From Chrysemys picta bellii (lineage: Eukaryota), in contig NC_088794.1 in assembly GCF_011386835.1 (NCBI RefSeq), positions 34,596,001 through 34,660,000 of the forward strand: DNA of 64,000 nt, in the 5' to 3' direction. This document shows, piece by piece, positions 11,636 through 25,060 of this stretch. Below the pieces are notes generated by a model. It saw only the letters and a list, made by a program, of their open reading frames with translations. It was not told the origin of the DNA and searched no databases. Made by a program: the position numbers and the translations under genes. The first letter of the stretch is position 1. Each line of letters starts with the position of its first letter.

Positions 11636-13919
11636 TAAGGTATAAGCATCTCTTTGAAAACCAAAGTAACTGGGGGTCTGTAAAGCCAGAAAGGCATTAA
11701 CAGCAATGCAACAGGACTTTGTAATTTGTCTAATCTGTGTCTCCAGCACGGTGCCAGTGCAGCTATTGGTGAACTGGAGTCTGTATTCTATGTTATTGAC
11801 TCTTTTCACATAGGCCACCAGACAGATGGTACAGAGCTTACAGACACTACCAACACAATCTGACTTCAAACCATTGCCCCATATTACAATCCACTTAAGC
11901 ACCTCAGATTTTTTTAAAATGAGATATTCTGAGTAAGAGAACTGATTGGATGGTGTAGCTGTAACAACCACCACACCTTGTAAAAGACATTTCTTTAGTT
12001 CACATTTAACTTTAGACTGGTTCATTACAATCATCACATAGTACACCTGACACATGTTAAAAGGCTCTGTCACCAGAGCAGCACAGAAGTCATTCCAATT
12101 GCTCTCCTAAATCAATGTTTTTATGAGTTAAGGGTTGGGTTGGGTTGTTTTTTTTAATAAAAAGGAGAACTTTTAAAATGTAAAACAGGACCAAAGCCAG
12201 GGAATCCAGAGTTAAGGTTTAGACTATGTCCCTAATTAAAAGAGTCAGGCCCTTTTTGATTGATTTCACTGTATGAGACCCAAATTTGGTCCTATTGAAG
12301 TTAGTGGGACCAGGATTTGGCTTTAAGTTTCTGTCTGCCATACTTTTAACTTTGCTGTCCTGTATCATAACTATTAAATATATTTATAATAAGGGTTTAT
12401 TTTCCTGTAGCTGTCCATAGCAGCCATCTTTTATTAACTCTACACCCTGTAGCACAGACTCCATAAAATTCACTCCAGTTTCTGCTCTATATCTATCTGC
12501 CAAAAAACCCTGGACATGGTATTTCTTGATTCCCTTTGGACTTAGTAGTAATGGATAATAGTGAACTGCAATGATGTTGTATAAAAACATTAATTTGGCA
12601 TCAGTAAATGTGGTTTCTACACAAAAGTCTCTAAAAACAAATTAAAGATTGTGCAATTGAATATCTCCGGGGTTGTGACCCTCCCACCCCACCTTACCCT
12701 TCCAACATTGCTAAATGTGACAGTGGTCCCAGCTCGATGGGAGTGGGCTACCAGCATGAGGCATACCTGATACCCTCACAGCTGTTCTATAAACATAGCG
12801 TGAGAGGAAGTGGGAACATGGCTGATCTTTAAACTAGTACTTTCGTTCACAAGGGTGGGTATTCATGAATTTTATACACTGTATATTAGATTGTTCACAG
12901 TAATGATATCGCCATGGAAAATTCTGTTTGGAGTTACATTGTGAGTTCAGTTTGAATATCATCTGTACAATATCCCATTGGACAGTTATTGGTTACTTGG
13001 ATTTTGTCATTGCAACAGAAGGAATGATACAGTTTTGTGCACCATATAGAGGACAACATAATTTAAAATATACATTTTATTTTTTAAAAGTTATTAAATA
13101 TTCTTTAAAGTTTACAGCTGAATGTCTTGTGTTCTTTATAATGTATATACAGATGTGTATATATGCACTAGAAACTGCATAGCATGCTTCCATTTTCTCA
13201 TCTCCCATCGCCTGCCTTTAATTTTAATCTATTTTATCGTATCTATTTTTTGCATAAGCAGATTGCCAATTCCGCCAGGAAAGTGAACACCAATTTTCTT
13301 TGGTTAGGAGCAGATTATTTTATAGATTTCACAAGCCAGTATCCCTTTAAAAAGATGACAGTGGGAATTCATGTCAGTGTACCTGTTTAATCATGGATAC
13401 ACAAATTGTTTTATTCTGCTTGATTTTTAAATTTAGCCGAACATGATTATGATGATCAATTTTGAAACAGAAGGGATTCCCTTTTTTTTTTTTGAGACAG
13501 CAGGAGGCTGTCAATAATGTTTGCTTATATGTTAAAATGAAACATGAATAAAAGGAACTGCCATGGCAAATCAAAAGAGAGGTCCATCTAATTGGGTATC
13601 CTGCCTGAGCCCATGACTACACTATGAATACTTTATCAGTATAGTATACCAGTATTCCTATATTGGTAAAGCACTCCTAGCAAGGACAACAATGCTTTTA
13701 ATTTTTATTCCAACCCCGCCTCCTGCAAAACAAGCAATACCAGGAAAAGCAGAGTTTTGGCATGTCAATCAAATAGCACATCTCTTCACCCTCAATCCCC
13801 GACCGACACAGCTGTGCTGGCAGAAATCTGCAGTGTAGACATTGCCAGGGAGTGGATACAGCAAACTGTTTCAGAGGAAGATGCAAGAAACATAATGGAG
13901 AAGCCTGTCCTCATGGGAC

Positions 13920-15202
13920 ATTTCTAAGTGGAGCACAGGACCTGGTCCAAGAGGTGAATATAGCTGGACCGCTTGGTAATAGTGGCCACAATATAATTAA
14001 ATTTAACATCCCTGTGACGGGGAAACAGCAGCCCAACACTGTAGCATTTAATTTCAGAAAGGCAACTACACAAAAATGAGGAAATTAGTTGAACAGAAAT
14101 TAAAAGGTACAGTGCCAAAAGTGAAATCCCTGCAAGCTGCATGGAAACTTTTTAAAGACTCCATAATAGAGGCTCAACTTAAATGTATACCCCACATTAA
14201 AAAACATTGTAGAAGAACCAAAAAAGTGTCACGGTGGCAAAACAACAATGTAAAAGCAGCAGTGAGAGACAAAAAGGCATTCTTTAAAAAGTGGAAGTTA
14301 AATCCTAGTGAGGAAAATAGAAAGGAGCATGAACTCTGGCAAATGATGTGTAAAACTATAATTTGGAAGGCCAAAAAAGAATTTGAAGAACAGCTAGCCA
14401 AAGACTCAAAAAGTAATAGCAACTTTTTTTTTTTTTTTAAAGTACATCAGAAGCAGGAAGTCTGCTAATCAACCAGTGGAGCCACTGGATGATTGAGATA
14501 CTAAAGGAGCACTCAAGGACGATATGGCCATTGTGGAGAAACTAAATGAATTATTTGCATCCGTCTTCTCAGCTGAGGATGTGAGGGAGATTCCCAAATC
14601 TGAGCCATTCTTTTTAGGTGACAAATCTGAGGAACTGTCCCAGATTGAGGTGTCATTAGAGGTGGTTTTGGAACAAATTGATAAACTAGACAATAAGAAG
14701 TTACTAGGACCAGATGGTATTCACCCAAGAGTTCTAAAGGAACTCAAATGTGAAATTTCAGAACTATGAACTGTAGTTTGTAACCTATCATTTAAAACAG
14801 CTTCTGTACCAAATGAGAGGAGGATAGCTAATGACATGCCAATTTTTAAAAGGGTTCCAGAGGTGATCTCAGCAATTACAGGACAGTAAGCCTGACTTCA
14901 GTACCAGGCAAACTGGTTGAAACTATAGTAAAGAACAAAATAGTCAGACACATAGATGAACATAATTTTGGGGGGGAAGAGTCAACATGGTTTTTGTAAA
15001 GGGAAATCATGCCTCACCAATCTACTAGAATTCTTTGAGGGGTTCAACAAGCATGTGGACAAGGGGGATCCCATGGAGATAGTGTACTTGGATTTTCAGA
15101 AAGCCTTTGACAAGGTCCCTCACCAAAGGCTCTTAAGCAAAGTAAGTTGTCATGGGATAAGAGGGAAGGTCCTCTCATGGATTGGTAACTGCTTAAAAGA
15201 TA
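13920..15202 (+). mobile_element. CR1 LINE ORF2 internal fragment (end of endonuclease to mid-RT), truncated at both ends
   Basis: LSGAQDLVQEVNIAGPLGNSGHNIIKFNI (EN C-terminus), GPDGIHPRVLKELK, QHGFCKGKSCLTNLLEFF, YLDFQKAFDKVPH; frameshifted; breaks off at ~15202. Confidence 0.93.
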
Positions 15203-16965
15203 CACTCAGCTCAAGTTTATGAGTAGCTTAAAAACTTGAGCTCAGCAGTTAGATTCCAAAAGAGGAAAGAGAAAAAAAAAGAAAAAGAAAAGAAAACAAA
15301 CAACAACAACAAAAAACAACAACTTAACTACCCAGTTTGGGAATCCATATTTTACAAGTGTAGAAAAGGACAGAAGAGTGCATGGTTACAAATCAAACCC
15401 TTCCATATTCTTTTGTTACTGATTTTCCAATTACTTTCTCTCAATTTACCAAGTTAGAACAAGCTAATACCTAGCATGCCATCTGAAAAATCAAGATGTG
15501 AGAAACTCTGCTTCATATCTCACACCATTAGTAAAATCCATGGAACCCAAACCTACTTGACAATATTTTTGAGGTAGAATACTTATTACTACTGTGGCCT
15601 GCCAGTGCTGAGAGATGATATTAGGGTAAATTTTCCAACAGGCCTCAACTCAGCCTTTAAAACTGCACCCAAAATTTGGGGACTGACAAACTGCAAGTAG
15701 ATTTGGGTTCCATAGATTTTACTAGTGGTGCCAACATGGAAAAATCAGGTAATTACACATTACATTGCAAATGCAATTTGAGAGGTTGTTTTTAAAAAAC
15801 AAAACAAACAAACAAGCAAAAAAAACCTGGTCCATGGCTGCATGTATTTGCCATTCTTACATCATCACTTTTCTGCCTATGGCCATGCTCCTTACTATAT
15901 AAATACTTCCCCATGTAACTAACACCGGTTATTCTATTCAGTAGAAAATTTTACTTTCACCTTCATGGAAGAAGAGCTTGGTTTACACTTCCTCTAGTAG
16001 TTAGCAGGCTGTTAATAGGATTACATCCACCAACACCTAAATCAATATAAGCCAGCTAACTATATAGGTTACCTCACAGCCATCAATCCTCTACAGTGTA
16101 TGCTCCTTTAATGTCAAAATGCTTTATCAGTTAATATGGTTTCTCCATCAACCCATGGATAAAACTTGTGTCTTCAGAAATAATAAGTGGTTATGCACAA
16201 GAGGTGTTTAAATAGAGGCTTTCCTGTATTTGTGACTAAAGGAATGAGATCCTTACTCAGTATGAACCTTCCAATATGTTCTCATGGAACTGTTAGTATG
16301 TGACTTTATTCAATGACAGCCAACAAAAAATATAACTATGTATATAATTATATATAATACAAAATTAGTTTTTGTACAAGGTACAACATAAAAAAGAGAA
16401 TGTTAAAATGTATTGTTGTTTCTGTATTTATTTTACCATACTGGCAGTGATACAAGTTTTAGGTGTAAAAGCACTCATTCTGGAGATACTAATGACTACC
16501 ACTGAAATAAATGGATTTCAGGAACTGGCTTGTTGAGAGTCTATTCAGATGTACCCCATCTTGCTTTTCTAAAAATATGCTTGACTGTGGTGCTTATGCA
16601 CATAACTGTTTCAACACTGCCTCCTGCCCCAATGCTGTTTACACTTGCCTTCACAACAGACAAGTATCTAGATTACAAAGGGCTCATACATGCCTGGTAC
16701 TGAGTGCCCTGAGTAGCCACTGATATGAACATGTAAATTGCTGTATATGCACCAAGTATTATTAACTAGAAGAATTATCAAGACTTGGTTTACCATTCTC
16801 CAGAGGCTAACAGTGTAGGGGTCATCTCTTCACCTGATTAGCCAGGAACCTCACCCACGGCAAGTGCATCATATACATATGCAGTTAACTTGCTATGAAG
16901 TTAAATCATAATTCAGACAATTAACACCTGTGATATAGAATATCTGAAAAACACCACATATCAGA

Positions 16966-17169
16966 TATCAGGGGGTAGCCGTGTTAGTCTGTATCTACAA
17001 AAACAACAAGGAGTCTGGTGGCACCTTAAAGACTAACAGATTTATTTGGGCATAAGCTTTCGTGAGTAAAAACCTCACTTCTTCGGATGCTATGCTATGC
17101 ATCCGAAGAAGTGAGGTTTTTACTCACGAAAGCTTATGCCCAAATAAATCTGTTAGTCTTTAAGGTGCT
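16966..17169 (+). mobile_element. Penelope-like (PLE) terminal-repeat mini-insertion with fold-back structure
   Basis: Perfect 70-bp inverted arms 17021-17090 / 17099-17168 with 8-nt loop; 13-bp direct repeat ACCACATATCAGA at 16953-16965 and 17170-17182; contains a hammerhead motif. Strand is nominal. Confidence 0.85.
17099..17139 (+). ncRNA. Minimal type I hammerhead ribozyme motif (U4C core variant); mirror copy on - strand at 17050-17090
   Basis: GCAU-CCGAAGA-A-GUGAG(GUUUUUA)CUCAC-GAA-AGCU-U-AUGC: 4-bp stem I, 5-bp stem II, loop-less palindromic stem III. Confidence 0.65.
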
Positions 17170-18231
17170 ACCACATATCAGAATTGTTCCCATAGGTCTT
17201 ATTTCAAATGCACATATGCACTTTTGATATTAGTGGAATAGGGTGCTCCTAGTTTTTACCTGATGTGATGGATCTAGGGTTTGAATATAGCAGCACAACT
17301 TACTGAGGCAGATGGAGTCTGCAAAGAAAGCTGTTTTTAGATGGCTTTCAGTTGTCAAGCCATTGATTCTCCCCAGGGGATTTAACCCCATTTCCAGACC
17401 CAGTTAAGGTAAAGTAGCCACAAGTACTCCAGGAAAAGAGACAAGGGGGGAAAACAGCTCATAAGTGCTGTCAAGATTTCCAGTGCTTTCTTGAAAACTC
17501 TGCTCTAATACTATGAGCATGCAGCACAGGTGGGTTTACGATAACACAAGCTACAAAGAGCTTCTCTATATCCCTTGAGAAACCACCCATTTCCCATGCA
17601 TGGCCACCACTCTTGCAACCAATTCAATTTTAAAGTCAGGTTGGCACTAGCCAAGTAAGGGGAGCACTCACTATGGGTGAACTTTTGGGGAGGAGCTGTG
17701 TCCTCAACTATGAGGACAATTGCAACATCTGGACACACCGAAAGCAAACAGCTAGTCTAGAAAGAGAAATACTGAAATTTTCCACAGCAGCCATAGGTAG
17801 GAAAGGCTCTTAGCCTCCATGTGAACAGCTGAATTATGCTGCTTTGGGGTGTCAAAAGACAGAGAGAGAATCAAACCAAAACTTTGCGATAGGTCAGACT
17901 GGGAAACTCGGGCCCACATCTAAGTAAAGCCCAGTCTATGTGGGAATTGTACATTTGTAAATACAAATAGATGAGAATGTATATGCTGCATTGCTATCCT
18001 GTACATTATCCCTAAATTAAATATCAGAATAGTAGCACAGCCTGAAGTCATGGAAACTTGCTAATTGGTACTACCTCAAACCCTGAGGCTTTAAATCCCA
18101 CTTCGGGATAGGTCTTATGAGTTCAGGCTCTTCCCTGTTACATATTTGGCAACTAACTCCCTGTCTGCGCTCCAAAGCTCATTACCTCAATACAACACTC
18201 CCTTCATCTCTGAAATGTCATTCTAGAGAAG

Positions 18232-18416
18232 AACAGGAGTACTTGTGGCACCTTAGAGACTAACAAATTTATTAGAGCATAAGCTATATGCATCCGAAGA
18301 AGTGGGCTGTAGTCCACGAAAGCTTATGCTCTAATAAATTTGTTAGTCTCTAAGGTGCCACAAGTACTCCTGTTCTTTTTGCGGATACAGACTAACACGG
18401 CTGCTACTCTGAAACC
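18232..18416 (-). mobile_element. Penelope-like mini-insertion with fold-back structure
   Basis: Perfect 55-bp inverted arms 18231-18285 / 18321-18375; 16-bp direct repeat TGTCATTCTAGAGAAG at 18216-18231 and 18417-18432; same family as 16966 and 51383. Confidence 0.87.
18290..18329 (+). ncRNA. Minimal type I hammerhead ribozyme motif (U4C core variant)
   Basis: GCAU-CCGAAGA-A-GUGGGC(UGUA)GUCCAC-GAA-AGCU-U-AUGC; stem II has one G-U pair. Confidence 0.68.
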
Positions 18417-18709
18417 TGTCATTCTAGAGAAGTGCTCACTTGGATCCAGAACACTGGCATTTATTTAAAGCTATGTACAAATCAGTCTCTCTTCTCACAG
18501 GCAGATTGACTCTATATACATACATTTACTTTTTTCAGAAATATAATGGTCAAATGCACTTGCCTGGTATGGATGACAAAATTCCAGTTTGTCCACAAAT
18601 CCTGTTGCTCTGAATCTATCTATCACAGAAAGGGAGGAAAGGAAGAAAAAGGAAAGAATCACAGGAATGGAAGATATAGATGAGGATGCAAAGACAGGGT
18701 GATAAACCC

Positions 18710-20202
18710 TGATTGATAAACTTAACAGTAACAAGTCACCGGGACCAGATGGCATTCACCCAAGAGTTTTGAAAGACTCAAATGTGAAATTGCAGAACTA
18801 TTAACTATGGTTTGTAACCTGTCCTTTAAATCAGCTTCTGTACCCAATGACTGGAAGATAGCTAATGTAACGCCAATATTTAAAAATGTCTCTAGAGGTG
18901 ATCCCGGCAATTACAGACTGGTAAGTCTAACGTCAGTACCGGTCAAATTAGTTGAAACGATAGGAAAGAATAAAATTGTCAGACACATAGGAGAACATAA
19001 ATTGTTGGGCAAAAGTCAACATGGTGACTGTAAAGGGAAATCATGTCTTACTAATCTATTAAGAGTTCTTCAAAGGGGTCAAACAAACATGTGGACAAGC
19101 GGGATCCAGTGGACACAGTGTATTTATATTTCCAGAAAGCCTTTGACAAGGTCCCTCACCAAAGACTCTTATGTAAATTAAATTGTCATGGGATAAGTGG
19201 GAAGATCCTTTCATGGATCAAGAACTGGTTAAAAGACAGGGAACAAAGGGTAAGAATAAATGGTAAATTTTCAGAATGGAGAGTGGTACCTAGTGGTGTT
19301 CCCCAAGGGTCAGTCCTAGAACCAATCCTATTCAACTTATTCATAAATGATCTGGAGAAAGGGGTAAACAGTGAGGTGGCAAAGTTTGCAGATGATATTA
19401 AACTGCTCAAGATAGTTAAGACCAAAGCGAACTTCAAAAAGATCTCACAAAACTAAGTGATTGGGCAACAAAATGGCAAATGAAATTTAATGTGGATAAA
19501 TGTAAAGTAATACACATTGGAAAAATAACCCCAACTATACATACAATATGATGAGGGCTAATTTAGCTATAACTAATCAGGAAAGAGATCTTGAAGTCAT
19601 CCTGGATATTTCTCTGAAGACATCCATGCAGTGTGCAGCGGCAGTCAAGAAAGCAAACAGGATGCTAGGAATCATTTAAAAAGGGATAGAGAATAAGATG
19701 GAGAATATCTTATTGCCCTTATATAAATCCATGGTATGCCCACATCTTGAATACAGCGTACAGATGTGGTCTCCTCATCTCAAAAAAGATATACTGGATT
19801 AGAAAAGGTTCAGAGAAGGGCAATTAAAATGATTAGAGGTTTGAAACGGGTCCCATATGAGGAAAGATGAAAGAGGCTAGGACTTTTCAGCTTGGAAAAG
19901 AGGAGACTAAGGGGGGATATGATAGAGGTATATAAAATCATGAGTGGTGTGGAGAAAGTGAACAAGGAAAAGTTATTTACTTATTCCCATAATATAAGAA
20001 CTAAGGGCCACCAAATGAAATTAATGGGCAGCAGGTTTAAAATAAATAAAAGGAAGTTCTTCACACAGCGCACAGTCAACCTGTGGAACTCCTTGCCTGA
20101 GGAGGTTGTGAAGGCTAGGACTATAACAGGGTTTAAAAGAGAACTAGATAAATTAATGGAGGTTAAGTCCATTAATGGCAATTAGCCAGGAATGGTGTCC
20201 CT
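18710..20202 (+). mobile_element. CR1 LINE RT-to-3'UTR fragment
   Basis: Frameshifted RT (ORFs 18807..19181, 19091..19456, 19892..20185: SGVPQGSVLEP, KFADDIKL, EKRRLRGDMIEVYKI); 3'UTR cut at GGAATGGTGTCCCT before the usual tail. Confidence 0.94.
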
Positions 20203-20920
20203 GGGACTCAGTGCTCAGTCTAGAAGATACCATTAGAAATGTTTAGTTTTGCAGTTCTCAAACTGTGGATTTGTCTCTCCAGAGGTAACATGCTTGTTAA
20301 CAGCAAATTTTTTTTTAAATAAATAAATATAGAGGTGAGAAATAACAGACCTCAACTCTATTGTCCCTCTGCAAATTTGGGTACAGAGAGTCAACCCCTT
20401 ACCTCTTTCTAAAAGTGCAAAATTTCAGAAAGTTCAATGAATAGAAGATTGTTGGGGGCTGAATAGATCTGGACAAGGAGAAGAAGTCTGGAGATAAATG
20501 TGAGACGCGAGGGACATATGCTTGTTTTGTTAAAATATTATATGTTTGCTGTTGAAGAAAAAAATCCAGAATGCTTAACGTTGTTGTTTTAGCAAGAAAA
20601 TCCTCCAAATATTAATAATTAATCTGTTGAATTGGAGATAGTTCACCTCCCAGTGACTTCATAAATATAAGCTTCAATTACCTTTGGCAAATGAAATAAC
20701 CAATCATTCATTTTCTGATATAGCTGTAAAACTAATCTGAAAAGTTTTCAAAATAAATCACTGTTTAAAAATATATAGTGTGTACCTTCTAAAAATGAAA
20801 CCTACGTCTATCTCTGAGTTGTGAAGAGTATGTATTAAGGTTATATCAACCAACAAGTCTTCCTGACTAGTGATTTAAATAATAATTTAAATCAATTTGA
20901 TTTAAATCAAATCCACCCTG
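20203..20920. mobile_element. hAT-like DNA transposon terminal fragment
   Basis: Ends in GATTTAAATCAAATCCACCCTG (reverse complement CAGGGTGG..., hAT-type terminus) with repeated TTTAAATCAA subterminal motifs; partner end and TSD not found. Confidence 0.6.
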
Positions 20921-20944
20921 TTACAAACAATTCATCTTCAGAAC

Positions 20945-21110
20945 ACACCTGTGAAGTAGGCAGGTCAGTAAATAAGTATATTCCCATTTTACAGATGGGG
21001 AAAACTGAGGCAGTGATCAACTATTGAACTAAGGCCTGAGAAGGACTCTGTGTCAGAGCTATGATGACAACTCAGAAATCCCTAGGTTCCAGGTCCTGTG
21101 CTAGTCCCAC
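20945..21110 (-). mobile_element. CORE/MIR-like SINE
   Basis: CCCATTTTACAGATGGGGAAAACTGAGGCA is the antisense CORE motif, followed by tRNA-head-like sequence. Confidence 0.7.
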
Positions 21111-22314
21111 ACTCTCTTTCTCTCTCCCCCTCTCAAGAAGGGAAAGGGAAGTAAGGAATTGGATAAAGGAGGAAAGACAAAGTGGATAAAAAGGAAGGCA
21201 TAGTGGGCAGGGAAGTAGACTGACAAGGGGAAGTGTGGATGAGAGAGGACAGAGTAAGTTGCGATATGAGGAGAAGAAAGGGGGCAGCTGAGAAGGAAAG
21301 TGGCATAATGACTGGATGAGTAAAGGAAGGGGTAGATAAGGGAGTGAGGAGAGCAGAGTGAGTGCAGGTGACTGAGTGGAGAGGGAAAGCAGCAAGATTT
21401 GATACTTGGGGCAGATCTGTGCTGAAAAGTGAAAATGGAGAGTGAGAGATGGGGTGGGTGCATGAGGGAAGGTTGCAGTCAGGAGAGAGAGATCAGAAAA
21501 TGGATGATGGAAGCCAAATGTATAATTAGGGGGATGGAAATGTGAGCGGTTTAACTTGGAAAGGAGGGAAGGAGAAACTCAATTCTCAACACTGCTCCCC
21601 CCCCCCCACCACACACCCACCATTTTTTTCAAGCTTTCAGTTAATTCAGAGACGGTGGTTCTCTCAGGTTTAACACAGATGTGTTCCCCCCAATCTGTAC
21701 AATGCTCAGCACTGTGGTATCCGAACATCTATTATTTAGATCCACACAACATGAAGGGTCGTGATGTGCTCTGGAAGATGCCCTGGTTTTCTAGAACTGC
21801 AGCCCATGGCAACTAATCCCTTAGACACAGCCAGCATCTAACAATGGGCAGACACAGAACTTGCCTGCAGCAGCTGCTGCAGAATGTGACAGGCAATGTC
21901 TGGAGAAAGGGAACCAGTCACAAACAATGTCTAGGATTTAAAGATTCTGCACTACAATATTGCTCATTTGTTCTTCCCTGCACTCTGCTTTCATCCCGTT
22001 CCAACAGCTCACCTGCCCCTTTCACTAACCTGAGTGAAATCCCCGGTTACTCCTCGTCCTAGACAGCTCAAGCTCATGGCTGTTTAAGAACACAAGACAT
22101 CAGAGATGATGGAAATGGTTACCAAAAGTGAGGGGAACAAGACGTTTCCTCCTCTTAGTGTCTACAAACCTTTAGTACTTCCCCAGCCAGACACAGCATT
22201 CACAGCCAATGGAATGTGATCCAGGGAACAATGGATGGACTCGTGTGTAAGTTAAGTGTGAGGGGAAAACTACTGGGCTCCAAGACATTTAAAAAAAATT
22301 CAGTGCACCACAGA

Positions 22315-22700
22315 TGCGGACGTTAAGGTCAGTAGGGACCATGTGATCATCTATTCTGACCTCCTACATTGCAGGCCATAGAACCTCACCCACCCAGTCC
22401 TGTAATAGACTCATAACCTCTGGCTGAGTTACTGAAGTCCTCATGGTTTAAATACTTCAAGTTCCAGAGAATTAATCATTTTCACTGGTTTAAACTTGCA
22501 AGTGACCCGTACCCCATGCTTCAGAAGAAGGTGAAAAAAACCCCAGGGTCTCGGCCAACCTGACCCAGGGGAAAATTACTTGCCCAACCCTACATTTGGT
22601 GATCACTTAGACCCTGAGAATGTTGGCAAGACCCACCAGGCAAATACCTGGGCAAGAATTCTCAGAGCCCTCCCCATCTAGTGTCCATCAGGCAATGTGT
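22315..22700 (-). mobile_element. CR1 LINE 3'UTR fragment
   Basis: TTAAGGTCAGTAGGGACCATGTGATCATCTATTCTGACCTCC and downstream sequence recognised as an antisense CR1 3' end. Confidence 0.7.
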
Positions 22701-24881
22701 CACCAGTTCACAGACATACATGGAGCACAGGTGTCCTGTAGGCTAAAAAGGTTGATCACCAGGAACATAAATGCTATCACAGAGCACTTAAGAATGTTTG
22801 GTCAACGTGATCTATTCTTGACTAGCTGAACACCCCAGTGCCATGTTTACAAGAAGAGCTATTGCGGTATACAAACTAGAATTCTCATTGTTATTGCTGA
22901 TGGTGCAAGGTTATTTCATTTAGTGAGCTCTCCCTTAAAATTAGTTTCCCTATGTACTTAAGAGCACATTAATGGTGAACTGAAAATTAAATTGAAAATA
23001 GATGTGCACAATTCCCCAGTAAATATGTGCACAATTCCCCAGTAACTCAGCTATCAGAGGCACTCTGCATAGTGGTAAATTGTCTTTTAAAAATATTAAT
23101 TGATCTCCTCCTGTGAAATATTGTGGTTTTCTGGTTCACTTGATAGCATCTCAGAATGCAGTATGTTGTGACCACATCAATACCATGGGTAGGTAAGGCT
23201 GGTATTATTGATCTCAGAGGATATTGCAATGCTGGAATGTTTAAGTGAATCAGAACATGCCAGAGGATCTTGCAGAGCAGGGTGAGGTGAATAGTTTTTA
23301 AAATGCAAGTTAAAATTCATCTTCATGCTGAACGGCCCCCACAGATGGGTTACTGGGGCGCACATCTCTAGGCTTGATTCTATTATTTTAATCTTTGCAT
23401 TCACCTTTAATATCTCCATGCAGCAATGTTTGTTGATTTTAAAGTGTCAGCAAGTTCTCTGTTCAGGTAGGAGAATTGCTCATCTCCACCCTACAACTCC
23501 TCTGGGTCTCCATAAAATTGATCTGGGGTCAACACTAATATGAAGAGAGACCTCATGGGCTGAAGGTCTGAATAAACAGACATGCCCAGGAGGAATCCAA
23601 GCACCAATATAAAACCTGTCCCAAAAAAACCACACCAACAGGCAAGGTTGTACAGAAGTTTCAGTTATGTTTTAAATGCAGTTTTTGAAGCAGAGAAGAA
23701 GCTGATTCCCCAGGAGAATTGCAGAGCTACAATGCCTAAGCATATTTAAAGATTATCATTTGGGGATTTAAATCCAATTTTATGTTTGTATTAATCCACT
23801 GAGCTGCCAGTCCAATCGCAAATTGCCACTGCTCGCTCTCTTTCTCTCTCTAACAATAGAGAGCTTATTAAATATTAAGGTTTTAATCATAAGTACTTGG
23901 GTATGACTGAAAAAAAATCCTAAAAAGTGCACAAAAGAAACATTTTCTAACTACCAAAAAAATATCTTCCAGGGAGAGATTAGATAAAGGCAAACGTCCC
24001 TGGACTAGTAGGAAGGCTATATAATAAATCCATTTACTTTAAAAGAAGCTGCTATGTTTCTTTAGGTCACATCCTCCCCTGTCTACACACAGACAGCCCA
24101 GTGTCCTGCTTCTGAAGGACAAAAACTCATATTCCTCCCTACCTTGAAATATGCCAACTTTGCAACTAGAAAGAGGTTCACCATAGGATTCACACTGCAC
24201 TGACAATTCTGATGGGAGCTGTTGAACAGGGAAACAGAGAGAGATCAATGCCTGGCATGAAGTACAAGGCACATCAGCAGGTCTGATGCTTGATCAACCC
24301 TTCCCCTTATTGTACAGTGCTAGAGATCACCTGAGATATTCTACAATTCAAAAGCAAAGAGACAAAAATACCTATATTAGATTTTTTCTTAACACAAACC
24401 TGGCCCATTGGTGAGATAGGTGGAAAAAAGACTTTTCAGGCAAACAAACAAAGCACCCCACCCCAAGTAGCTATATCCGTTATTTTTCTATTCTGTTTTT
24501 CTAGCTATTTCATTTCAGATGTACCATAACTCTGAACTAACTGGGGAAACACCGGGATGAAATGTTTTAGCTGCTCTTATTGTTACCTGTTGTTGACATT
24601 TGATCCAACATTAAACAACAATGGGCCAGATGGCCACATAGCTTCAAGGACAAGACCCCTTTTCTTAGGATATGACTGCACTAGAAATGCCGCAGCAGCA
24701 CAGCCAAAATGCACTACTGCAGATATTTACTACAGCAACAGAAGGGGTTCTTCCATTACTCTAGTTACTAGTTGTGTGGATTTCAGGAGATCTGTTGATC
24801 TCAGGGGCCAGCCAGACTTGCAGGATCTGTGTGGCATAAACTCCACCCCCTTTTCACAAAACTATTTCAAGGAAATTCAGG

Positions 24882-25060
24882 CACGGTCTATACTACAAAG
24901 TTAGGTCGGCTTAACTCCATCGCTCAGGGCTGTGAAAAATTTTCATGTGCTGTGCCATGTACTTAAGCTGACCTAAACCCTGGTTTAGACACTGCTAGGA
25001 TGATGAAAGAATTATTCCGCTGACTTAGCTACTGCCTCCGAGAGGTGGATTTACTAGAGT
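24882..25060. mobile_element. Partial PIF/Harbinger-type MITE
   Basis: GGCACGGTCTATACTAC start resembles the GGCTATGTCTACACTAC TIR of 43421; internal AGGTCGGCTTAA...TTAAGCTGACCT symmetry; right end not clear. Confidence 0.5.

Noticed and set aside
11609-12073. 154-aa - strand ORF
   Set aside because: Antisense to the presumed TSPAN4 3' region, overlaps the LTR end, no recognisable motif or exon signals.
21130-21550. Purine-rich tract with Leu/Ser/Pro-rich antisense ORFs
   Set aside because: Low-complexity composition explains the ORFs; no clean mirror repeat to support a triplex claim.
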